Shown here in pieces: positions 31,051 through 39,996 of a stretch of 64,000 bases of DNA. A program made the position numbers and the translations under genes. Source of the stretch: Naegleria gruberi (taxonomy: Eukaryota); assembly GCA_000004985.1 (NCBI GenBank), contig GG738863.1; one strand, given 5' to 3'. How positions within the stretch are numbered: the stretch's first letter is position 1; each line of letters begins with the position of its first letter. The notes under the pieces were generated by a model. That model was not told the origin of the DNA and searched no databases. It was given only the letters and a program-made list of their open reading frames with translations.

Positions 31051-31196
31051 TTTTTTTAATTATAATTTTATAAAAGATAATTTTCATCATCTAACTTTGA
31101 AAAGCAAACTCTTATTATTAATCCTTGTGCTGTTTTGAGAACTATTGGCCATGTTACATTGATGAGTTAGTTTATAAAGATGACTTTACAAAAAAA

Positions 31197-32210
31197 ATGT
31201 CAAGACTTGATCAATTGCCTGTAGAGGTTATGGATGAAATTGTTAATTTTCTGGCTGATTCCAATAGTGATGTAATTAATTTTTCATCATGCAGAAAGTC
31301 TATCAGAGAGGAATTACTTGAATCAAATGTATTGGTAATTTCATTGAAAATTTCTTCCGATATTAGAAAGGTGGGGAATATGAATTTGAAAAGATTGAAA
31401 GCAATAGAAAAGAAGAAGAATCAAGCAAGCAAAGAATATGAGATTAAACAAGAGGAGAAGGAAACTAAAAAGAGAAAATTTGATGAATATATTACACAAG
31501 ATAAGGAAAATCAATATATAACTCGCTATAACAAGGAAGAGGATAGAGAACCACTCGTCCAAATTAAAAAGGCCTTCTCATTAATAGATTACCGTAAACG
31601 AGAATCTAATACAGCATTTCCAGGGTATGAGTTTGAGAAATTACTAATTACTCAAACTCAGAATAATATGAATGTCTCTAAAATATTTACAAAGAAAATT
31701 GATGCAATTATTGAAACTCAAGATATCAAGAAATATTGGACTCGTCTACTGAAAGACTATTTTTATTTTGAATGTGGAGAGGAGAATTGTAAAATTATTG
31801 TTAACTGTGTTTTTCAAAAGGTTGAATATACTTCTTGGACCTTTAGGAAGGTGTATGATACCTATCCAAGCTTTGTCATTCATAAGGGAAAATTTAACAT
31901 TGAATCGGATAATTTTTCATTTAAATCACAGGAAAATGAGGAAAGTAAGTTTCAATTTAGCATATTTCTTAAATTTTTATCAGAAGGAGGAAGTTGGCGA
32001 TTATACAACAATTCAGACTTATTACTTGATTCAGAAGAGTTGGGAGATATCCAAATCGAAATTGAAAAGGTTGACGCTTTAAAAAGAAGAATATTTGGAG
32101 AGGATGTAAACAAAATTAAGGATCACATATTTTTGATTATACTGCTATCCTTACTCGGTTTTAGATACACTGAGAGCAGGCAATCTATCACTTTTTTGAA
32201 ACGAAAATAA
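31197..32210 (+). CDS. Hypothetical protein with an N-terminal F-box-like motif
   Basis: The tracked start at 31125 is not ATG. The ATG at 31197 gives MSRLDQLPVEVMDEIVNFLADSN, which follows the F-box pattern LP.E.L..I...L. The rest is K/E-rich with no further recognisable domain. An upstream in-frame extension cannot be excluded. Confidence 0.4.
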   Translation: MSRLDQLPVEVMDEIVNFLADSNSDVINFSSCRKSIREELLESNVLVISLKISSDIRKVGNMNLKRLKAIEKKKNQASKEYEIKQEEKETKKRKFDEYITQDKENQYITRYNKEEDREPLVQIKKAFSLIDYRKRESNTAFPGYEFEKLLITQTQNNMNVSKIFTKKIDAIIETQDIKKYWTRLLKDYFYFECGEENCKIIVNCVFQKVEYTSWTFRKVYDTYPSFVIHKGKFNIESDNFSFKSQENEESKFQFSIFLKFLSEGGSWRLYNNSDLLLDSEELGDIQIEIEKVDALKRRIFGEDVNKIKDHIFLIILLSLLGFRYTESRQSITFLKRK

Positions 32211-32257
32211 TCTCACTTTATTTATCACATTGTTATCACTCAATCGAGAATGGCTAT

Positions 32258-32635
32258 TTAACAATATCTATAACCGCCATATCCACCATAGTATGGAACA
32301 CCATAACCATATCCTCCATAATATGGAACACCATAGCCATAACCACCATAATATGGAGCTGAATAAGCACTTCCGTAATTGGTGCCATAACTAGATGGAC
32401 CAGTGTAATAAGATCCATAACTTGAATATGGTGAATAGTTGACTGCACTGATTTGATTGGAATAAGCTTGAGTATTTTGAGCATATTGATTGTAACTACC
32501 ACCTGTTACTCCATAGTTTTGACCAGCACCACCATAAGAACCATAATTGTTTCCATAATTATTGCTGTATTGACAGTTGGCAAATGCAAGACACAATACG
32601 AGGGCAATGAGACAGCTGCACAATGTTTTAATCAT
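32258..32635 (-). CDS. Small secreted Gly/Tyr/Ser-rich protein
   Basis: 125 aa with ATG at 32635. A signal-peptide-like N-terminus (MIKTLCSCLIALVLCLAFANCQ) is followed by G/Y/S/N-rich low complexity with YGGYGYGVPYYGG repeats and a C-terminal Cys. Confidence 0.5.
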   Translation of the reverse strand: MIKTLCSCLIALVLCLAFANCQYSNNYGNNYGSYGGAGQNYGVTGGSYNQYAQNTQAYSNQISAVNYSPYSSYGSYYTGPSSYGTNYGSAYSAPYYGGYGYGVPYYGGYGYGVPYYGGYGGYRYC

Positions 32636-33132
32636 TTTTAGATGTTTTTGTTTTGATTTGTTGATAAAGTCTCAGATAATTGTTGGGTATTTAAATGAAT
32701 TTCCATATTGCATACCATATTTTGAGTTGGATTTGGAAAGTTTTTATTTTAGGAAATTCAACAGTTTTGAAAATCCACTTTTCTAAACTTGACGAATAAC
32801 CATTTACATCTTTGCTGATTGAAATTGAGTGTCCAGTCAATATCAATTAAGATTTTTGAATAAACTCTTTGAAATAAGTACAAACGATGCTATGGGGAAA
32901 CTGTAGTTAACATTCAGACCTTAGGTATAGAAGATTACAAAAAAAATTCATGATCCTATTCATGAATGCATTTCGAATTACCTTACAATCTTTTCAACTC
33001 AGAAACTAAAAGTTCATCAAGAGGAACAATATCAATACATGCTATTTCACACAAGTTTTTGAGGTTCTTTTTTATTGTTTTTCAAGAAGGCCCAAAAACA
33101 GACTCAAGCTTTAATTTTTCAAAAAGGAAAAA

Positions 33133-35442
33133 ATGTTGCCATCATCAGATAGTAACACATCAACAGCTACTACTGCGCAAAATGGTGTGAGTAGTGATGG
33201 TGATTGTTGTTATTATTCAAATAATGTTGGATCATTTGGAGAAATGTATTACCGATTGTTAAAAAGGTTTCGGGATGAAGAAATGGATGGCAAATATGAA
33301 AAGGATCATAACATTTTGATTACAGCTGATTCTTTATTGCATGCTTTTCATTATAGTTACAAATCGATATTGGAGTCTATTGAAGTGCAAATATTATTTC
33401 CAAAATGTAAACATTTATTTACCAAGTTATTTAAAAGTATGAAGGAAACTTTGATTAAACATAAATTTTCGGACTTTGCTAATCCTTCTCCTCACTCCCT
33501 GTTGAATGGATTTGAGTTGGAACCAAGACCTATTGGTCTTATAGAGCAAGGATTATATGATTTGGATTTTTTCATAACACTTTCCACATCTCTCATTCAT
33601 GGAAAGGTTGAGGATTCATATTTTATGCAGAATAGACATAATGTACATTATTTATTTGAATTAATTCATAGAAGATGCGAACTTGGAAATGATTTCAGTT
33701 CATCATGCTGTTTATTTACAATTTTCGGAGAGAAGAGGTTTTTGGAATTTAGACTCTATCAACCAAATTGGTTTTACATTAGGGATTACATGAATAATTA
33801 CTTTAAATTATTGAGTTGGTGTAATAATACATTTATGGACATTACAAACATTCAACAATTTACACTCATTTTGTTGGTGTGGCTTTTAGTTGAAGAATCT
33901 AAAACTCTTGGTTGTGAATATTCTCAAATTGAACATTGCTACAAGAATATGATTGGAATCTCAGATTCTGCCAATTGTGATGATATCACTACTACTTTGA
34001 GAGAATATTTCAATATGACTGAATCTGGTACGGAAAAGATTGCAGAAAAGCTTTACTACACTCTTACTCTTCCTGAAAATGAAAAGGCCATAAGAGAAAT
34101 TCAGCAATTTGTAATTAAGAAGAATATTGGGCTGAATCAAATTTCTAATGCCAATTTAAAATCACCAAAAGAAGGAGTTGGTCACAAGGATGAATTTACA
34201 TTTTGCTTTTTTGGAAGAAAGTTCACTTTGGATTCATTCATATTCCATAATGTTACATTTGACAGACTTAAAGATGAAGAAAATATGAGATATCTTCCTA
34301 GAGTTATTCCAACAATTTTAGATGTTGGATACACATTTTTAGATTCTCCTGTTGCTGAGGAAATTTTAAAGAACACTGATCCATATCATGACATTGTGCT
34401 TGACAAGTTGAATGAACTCAAAACCAGTATTAATGAGTACAATTCCCATCCAAGCATTCATAATATATGGCTTGATACTTTGAAAGGGTTATCGACTATT
34501 TCACCATTGTTCCAAAAGGTGGAAAAGTATACCGCCAAAGTGTTAATAACCCAATTTTCAAGCTTTTCTCATCTCAAATATGACTCTTCACTATTTGCAA
34601 AGCAGCACATTGAAACAGATATTGAGCTTATGGTAAATAAGGAAGTATTTGATATTGATACCGAAGCATCAGAATATGTGGATATTGGATTTCTTGTTGA
34701 GGGAAGCACCACTTTCTTCACAAAATTTGTTGCATTAGTAACTTTTGTCAGAGATTTACTTCAAAATGATGTTCAATTTAGCTCAATGCCCATCAGCTCA
34801 GAATCTGTGAAATTCTATAACAATTTCATCTCAACCCTGTCAGTGCTAGCTGAAATTAATAGGAAACAAACTGAGACTGGAGAAAAGTTGACTGAACAAG
34901 AAACGTCGTTTTTATCCAACATGATATTTGCAAAGAAGGATCCAAAACAATTCAAAACACAAACATTCAAACAAGTGTTGGGTACTACCTCTCAAAACTA
35001 TTCTGTCAGTGGCTGGTATCCTAACTTGTTTTTCAAAAGAGATGATGCAGGAAGATTCAAACCAATAGTGATTGACATTCACAGATATCCAGATGTTGAT
35101 AATGGTGTAATCTTGTGGGAGGCAGTTGGTCCCATTCATCTATTTGAAATGTCTCTAAAGGATAAAAAGTTCTTTGGACCAATGTTCTCTCAATTCGAAT
35201 TCATAACACCATACACCACCAAATTGAATAATGCAACATGGAAGAGTAAGCTCCAACACCCAAATCTTGAATATAACGAGTGGATGAAAATGTTGAGTAC
35301 TGAAATTTGTTTAGGAAAGAACTTTATTGGATACAGTCATTTGGATCACTTTACATGTGCTGAGTATACTACTGGCTCTCCACCTTCTTCAGGGTCTTCA
35401 TCCTCTCCAAACTCTCCCAGCACGCCCAATGTTGGTGAATAA
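33133..35442 (+). CDS. Hypothetical 769-aa protein (no family assigned) with a Ser/Pro-rich C-terminus
   Basis: Long uninterrupted ORF with a true ATG at 33133. It has ordinary globular composition, several Cys/His-rich stretches and a C-terminal SPPSSGSSSSPNSPSTP tail. I cannot match a known domain by eye. Confidence 0.5.
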   Translation: MLPSSDSNTSTATTAQNGVSSDGDCCYYSNNVGSFGEMYYRLLKRFRDEEMDGKYEKDHNILITADSLLHAFHYSYKSILESIEVQILFPKCKHLFTKLFKSMKETLIKHKFSDFANPSPHSLLNGFELEPRPIGLIEQGLYDLDFFITLSTSLIHGKVEDSYFMQNRHNVHYLFELIHRRCELGNDFSSSCCLFTIFGEKRFLEFRLYQPNWFYIRDYMNNYFKLLSWCNNTFMDITNIQQFTLILLVWLLVEESKTLGCEYSQIEHCYKNMIGISDSANCDDITTTLREYFNMTESGTEKIAEKLYYTLTLPENEKAIREIQQFVIKKNIGLNQISNANLKSPKEGVGHKDEFTFCFFGRKFTLDSFIFHNVTFDRLKDEENMRYLPRVIPTILDVGYTFLDSPVAEEILKNTDPYHDIVLDKLNELKTSINEYNSHPSIHNIWLDTLKGLSTISPLFQKVEKYTAKVLITQFSSFSHLKYDSSLFAKQHIETDIELMVNKEVFDIDTEASEYVDIGFLVEGSTTFFTKFVALVTFVRDLLQNDVQFSSMPISSESVKFYNNFISTLSVLAEINRKQTETGEKLTEQETSFLSNMIFAKKDPKQFKTQTFKQVLGTTSQNYSVSGWYPNLFFKRDDAGRFKPIVIDIHRYPDVDNGVILWEAVGPIHLFEMSLKDKKFFGPMFSQFEFITPYTTKLNNATWKSKLQHPNLEYNEWMKMLSTEICLGKNFIGYSHLDHFTCAEYTTGSPPSSGSSSSPNSPSTPNVGE

Positions 35443-35688
35443 AACATCTCTTTACTGAAAAACATAAATTCTTGTCATCTTGGCAATTTATTGGAAGCAA
35501 AATTGCACATAACGGTTTTTAAAGTTAAACAAATAGAGCGCCAAAACTTTCAGTTACACATTTTAAAATTCATCTAAATAAAAAAATAGCACCACACGAA
35601 ACACAAGGTTGTTGCTCTCCTGCTGTAAAAATATCAAAGACTTGATAGTACCCCGACCAACAAGAAGAACATCATCAACAACAGCAAA

Positions 35689-38600
35689 ATGTTAAAACAA
35701 TTATTAGGAGAAATTGATGGCATTGGAAAGTCATCGATGGATGGTTTACATTCGCTGTTCGAGTCTCAAATGAATGATCTTACCATGAGAGCACAAAATT
35801 ATAAGGAACAAATAACAAATACATCATCATACTTTTATGCTACTCCATCATTTAAAGTGGGAGTGAAAGGACAATTAAATAGTAACAAGAAACCATTCCC
35901 GTTCTCCTTCAATTCTGGCAGTGCAAAGAAGACACCACTCAAGAGTCCTCCACATCTTCATAAAACTCCAATCGGATCACCTCATTCATTTAGAAAACAA
36001 ACACCTCTTGGTACAAGGAATTTTGATCAGGAACTTAATATTCAACCACACAATGTAACAATATCACAATCACCTCTCTTCAAATTTAAATCACCAATAG
36101 CAATGACCTCTGGTGGAAATAAGAAGAAACGAAAGTCTTCTTCCGTATCCAAGAGAAATATGTTATCGCCACCACCAATGATCGATTCAAATGTTGAATT
36201 GCCAAAGGAAATTGAATTATATGCACCAATACCTCCTCTTGAATTTGATAAGGATTTGGGTATTGATAAAGATGATGAAATGGACACTGATTCAATTAAG
36301 CCAATAGAGCCAGTCTTGATGAGTAAGAAGAATTCAGTGATGAGTGTAGATATGGAACTTGGTGTTGTTACTGCCTTACCTCAACCAGAAAGCAAGCAAG
36401 AAATGATTTCATCGCCACCACCTCCACAAACAATTACACTCCTCCAACAATTCCAAGAACCACAACAATTATCATACGAGAGACCACTTCAACCAGTTGT
36501 CATTCCACCATCAACAATATTCCAACTTCCAAAGGTCAAAGAAGAACCAATAAGTGATGAAGAAGAAATTGTTGTGAAAAAGAATAGACAACCTAAAAGA
36601 AAACCTAAACTTATTGCAGTGCAACAACCAAACAATAACACTACTAATGCTAATGTCAGTGTTTCAACAGTTGCTCAAGAACCACCAAAGGAACCTGAAG
36701 TCATTGTTATTGATGATGCTAAATCTGATGTGACAGAACAGTTATCTTGTCTTTTGATTTCTGAAGCATTGAAAGAAAATGAAAAGAATGAACAAGCTCT
36801 TGAACAATCAAATATTGTTCCTGTTCATTCATTCATTGTAAAACAAGAAATTGTTGATTCACCTGAAGTGGTCAATAAGACCTTCAATAGAACTTGTTTG
36901 GATGAAATGAATATTTCTATGATTCAACCAATCGAAGAAGATAGAAAGCAAACTGAATTCTCATTCCTCTCCAAAACTAAATTATTCCAAGACGCACATG
37001 ATGAAAGTGATGATAGTATCTTGTGCTTTAGTGCATCAGATGATGATCTTTTTGAAGATGACAAGGAAGAACATGAGAACGATGTTTGTGTCAAAATCAA
37101 TTTTGCCCCTCCTCCAGTTGTTAATATTTTCGAAAGACAACAATCAGTCCAAATTCCAAATCCGTTCAGTAACTTGAAAAAGACCAATAGTGCAGAGGCA
37201 GTTAAGGTCACATCCCTTCAAGAGAAGATTAAATCCTTAAAATCAGAGCCATGCATTCCTTCCATTCACTCAATGATGCAAAAGGCAGATGCAGATAGAC
37301 CATCTCTTGAACTTTCTGAACCGCCATGCACTCCAACTAGAACTCCTTCCATCTCAGGAGCCATTGAGAAACTTGGACAATTGTCGATTCACAATAAGAT
37401 TGAAGTAATGTTCTCACCACCAGAGGTTCAACTTTCTCCTCCACCTTTCGACTCTATTCCAGATTTCTCCTCACCAAAGTATTCTTCACTTCAACACATT
37501 AAATCTGAGGTTGCCACACCAAGGCAAGTGCAATCCCAAGATGATAACAATGCCCTCACACCAAAGAATGATATGCAATTGAGTACACCTCCAACAACCT
37601 CTAATGTCAAAGAGCCACCAACAATATCGCAACATGGCAAGTACAAACCATTTACTCCTAAATTTATGGAACCAAGACCTAATCCTACTGCTTCTTCTGA
37701 AATTCCATACGAAGATCCATTTGCTACTTTGAGGAGAGACTCTATCGATATCATTGATGTTGATGAGAATGAACACAAGAGAAAGTTCACCAATAAGGTT
37801 TCAACAGAGAGTAATGATCAAAAGAGACTGAAACTCAGCGAAACGAACCGTATTTCAATTTCTTCAGTGTCTTCCTGTTCCTCAATTTCCTCATTCCACA
37901 GTAATGCCAGTATTGGAGAGTTAAGCAATCCAGGAGTAGGCAATGTTGTGTCTAACATCTTTACTGGTGTCAAGTCATTTGTTTTCAAAGTTGCACAAAA
38001 CAAGAATAAGAGCAGTGTTGGTGCCTCAAAGAAGGCAATCAGCAGTTTGAAACTTGCAGAAGCTGCCAAAAAGAAGGAAGAAGATAAGAAGAATGCCAAG
38101 AAGGAAAAGTTGGAAAAGCAATTAGCTTTACAAAAGAAAAAGAAAGAACAAGAAGATAAATTAAAGGAAGATGCCAAGAAACAAACTAAACTTGTAAAGA
38201 CAAATAGTTCCAATAATACTTCCCAAAAGTCCATCGTAGAAGGATTGGCTCTAGCATCTGGTTCACGTTCCAGTAATATTTCAACTTGTTCCAATAGTAC
38301 CAATTCTCAAACCAATAAGAAGATAATAGGTCCACAAATAGGTCCAATGAACAAACCACAACCACCTAAGAAACAAACAACCCTCACAACAAAGCCACTT
38401 ACTGCTGTTCCTGAACCTAGAGTTTCCTCATACGATTTGAGTGATGAATATGACAGCTCAGAGGACGATGAAGTTGCTAAGAGAAGAAGACAACATAAGA
38501 AGATTCCATCTTGGGCTCAAGGTGAAACCCTCAAGAAGAATATCATTCGTACAACTAAGATTGACCCAGACAGAATATTTGGATCTGTTAGAACCTGTAA

Positions 38601-38745
38601 TCTTGAAGATATTTTCAAGGGAACTACTAACCAAGTTATGATTAATAGATTTAGACAACGTACCTCATCCTCAAATTGGACTGCTGATCACTTTACTCTT
38701 GAAGAGGAAGAAGAATACAGAGAAGAAATGGGATTCACCCTTTAA
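35689..38745 (+). CDS. INCENP: Inner centromere protein (INCENP) homologue with a C-terminal IN-box
   Basis: 1018 aa with ATG at 35689. Large disordered S/T/P-rich N-terminal two thirds. A K/E-rich single alpha-helix region (KKEEDKKNAKKEKLEKQLALQKKKKEQEDKLKEDAKKQ). The C-terminal IN-box reads ...KKIPSWAQGETLKKNIIRTTKIDPDRIFGSVRTCNLEDIFKG..., matching the animal IN-box consensus IPxWA ... LF ... L.LEDIFK. Confidence 0.65.
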   Translation: MLKQLLGEIDGIGKSSMDGLHSLFESQMNDLTMRAQNYKEQITNTSSYFYATPSFKVGVKGQLNSNKKPFPFSFNSGSAKKTPLKSPPHLHKTPIGSPHSFRKQTPLGTRNFDQELNIQPHNVTISQSPLFKFKSPIAMTSGGNKKKRKSSSVSKRNMLSPPPMIDSNVELPKEIELYAPIPPLEFDKDLGIDKDDEMDTDSIKPIEPVLMSKKNSVMSVDMELGVVTALPQPESKQEMISSPPPPQTITLLQQFQEPQQLSYERPLQPVVIPPSTIFQLPKVKEEPISDEEEIVVKKNRQPKRKPKLIAVQQPNNNTTNANVSVSTVAQEPPKEPEVIVIDDAKSDVTEQLSCLLISEALKENEKNEQALEQSNIVPVHSFIVKQEIVDSPEVVNKTFNRTCLDEMNISMIQPIEEDRKQTEFSFLSKTKLFQDAHDESDDSILCFSASDDDLFEDDKEEHENDVCVKINFAPPPVVNIFERQQSVQIPNPFSNLKKTNSAEAVKVTSLQEKIKSLKSEPCIPSIHSMMQKADADRPSLELSEPPCTPTRTPSISGAIEKLGQLSIHNKIEVMFSPPEVQLSPPPFDSIPDFSSPKYSSLQHIKSEVATPRQVQSQDDNNALTPKNDMQLSTPPTTSNVKEPPTISQHGKYKPFTPKFMEPRPNPTASSEIPYEDPFATLRRDSIDIIDVDENEHKRKFTNKVSTESNDQKRLKLSETNRISISSVSSCSSISSFHSNASIGELSNPGVGNVVSNIFTGVKSFVFKVAQNKNKSSVGASKKAISSLKLAEAAKKKEEDKKNAKKEKLEKQLALQKKKKEQEDKLKEDAKKQTKLVKTNSSNNTSQKSIVEGLALASGSRSSNISTCSNSTNSQTNKKIIGPQIGPMNKPQPPKKQTTLTTKPLTAVPEPRVSSYDLSDEYDSSEDDEVAKRRRQHKKIPSWAQGETLKKNIIRTTKIDPDRIFGSVRTCNLEDIFKGTTNQVMINRFRQRTSSSNWTADHFTLEEEEEYREEMGFTL

Positions 38746-38876
38746 ACTTACTAGGAGATTACAATGTAAATATTTGAGATTTTCACAAGTTAATTCTTTG
38801 TGATCACTCAATAAAATTTCAATCTTGATCAATTCCTAGAATTAGAATATTTTATTTACAATCACAATATTATACA

Positions 38877-39731
38877 TTAATTTAACATCATTTCAACATG
38901 AGAAAATTCTAAACCTTCAAAATTTTCAATAATAGTTTGAACCCCATTATCATTCATTTCTTTTAGATCAATCTCTTCACTAAGGTCTGAACTTTTTACG
39001 CCAATAATATTTCCATTTTTGAGAGCTCTGACTGCTGAAAGACAACCTTGAGTAGTTCCTTCAAATACAACAACTTCATTTGGTTCAATTTTCAATTGTT
39101 CTAAAGCAACTTGGTATATTGATGGATCTGGTTTTGGTTTTTTCAATCCATAACTTGAGAGAATTACATCGAAATAGTCCATCAACTTTAGTTTTGTCAG
39201 TAAACTCTTTGTCTCCTTGTTTGAAAGATCTGAAACAACTCCCAACATAATTTCATGATCCTCTTCTCCCTTATGTTCGTTTTTCTTCTTGATTGTTTCA
39301 AGGAATTTTTCAATACCTCTCAATGCTCCAAGAGATAGTACAAAGTCCGAATGGTTAATATGGTTGATGAATGCCATTTGTTTTTTCTTTGATATTTCAA
39401 TGTGATCATCAATGGTGGAGTATGGCAATAGGAAGAATAACACATTAGCTTCATGTTCAAACAAGAACCATTGCAAATAGTCCTGATAAGATAGCTCATA
39501 GCCATATTCCATCAAAATTTCACTCCATACTTTATAATTGAGTTCATTAATATTTCTAATCATTCCATCAATACCAAACAAAACGGCCTTAATTGGAGAC
39601 TTGATGTCCTTTAGTATGGCAATATTTTCCTCTTCCAATGTTGCTTCTGGCTCCTCTATTCTTCTCACTTGTATTTCATAGGAATCATCAGAAAGTGCTG
39701 GTGATGAAGGACTCTCTTCTTTGTGTTTCAT
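38877..39731 (-). CDS. HAD-superfamily hydrolase-like protein with a degenerate catalytic motif I (likely pseudo-phosphatase)
   Basis: The tracked start at 39854 is TTG; the first ATG is at 39731 (MKHKEESPSS...). HAD motif I reads LFGIDGM where DxDG is expected, so the nucleophile Asp is replaced by Gly. The motif III Lys context (GLKKPKPDP) is present. Motif IV reads VVFEGTTQG (E-G instead of E/D-D). An upstream exon is possible: a TTGCAG acceptor lies just 5' of the ORF. Confidence 0.45.
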   Translation of the reverse strand: MKHKEESPSSPALSDDSYEIQVRRIEEPEATLEEENIAILKDIKSPIKAVLFGIDGMIRNINELNYKVWSEILMEYGYELSYQDYLQWFLFEHEANVLFFLLPYSTIDDHIEISKKKQMAFINHINHSDFVLSLGALRGIEKFLETIKKKNEHKGEEDHEIMLGVVSDLSNKETKSLLTKLKLMDYFDVILSSYGLKKPKPDPSIYQVALEQLKIEPNEVVVFEGTTQGCLSAVRALKNGNIIGVKSSDLSEEIDLKEMNDNGVQTIIENFEGLEFSHVEMMLN

Positions 39732-39996
39732 TTTTGCCGCTTTTTTTTGTATTTTTGTAGTAGCTTCTATTCGTTCGTATTGGGAACTTTTCTGGAATAC
39801 CTCCTTGAATATCACCTGCAATGAAACGCAATGAGTAAAATTTTTAGATTTCAACTCATTGATAAATGATATCTAAAGCAGAATTTGAGAATTCTTTGAG
39901 GCAACTAATTTTCTTGCTTCAAATAATCTTGCCATATCACCAAGCTTACAGCTTTACTCAAACGGAAAAGATCCAAGAATAAATAGAATTAAAAAA

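Noticed and set aside
37486-38303. Three minus-strand ORFs (96-161 aa) inside the INCENP gene
   Set aside because: They are antisense to a long, motif-validated CDS and have hydrophobic or odd composition typical of reverse-strand reading.
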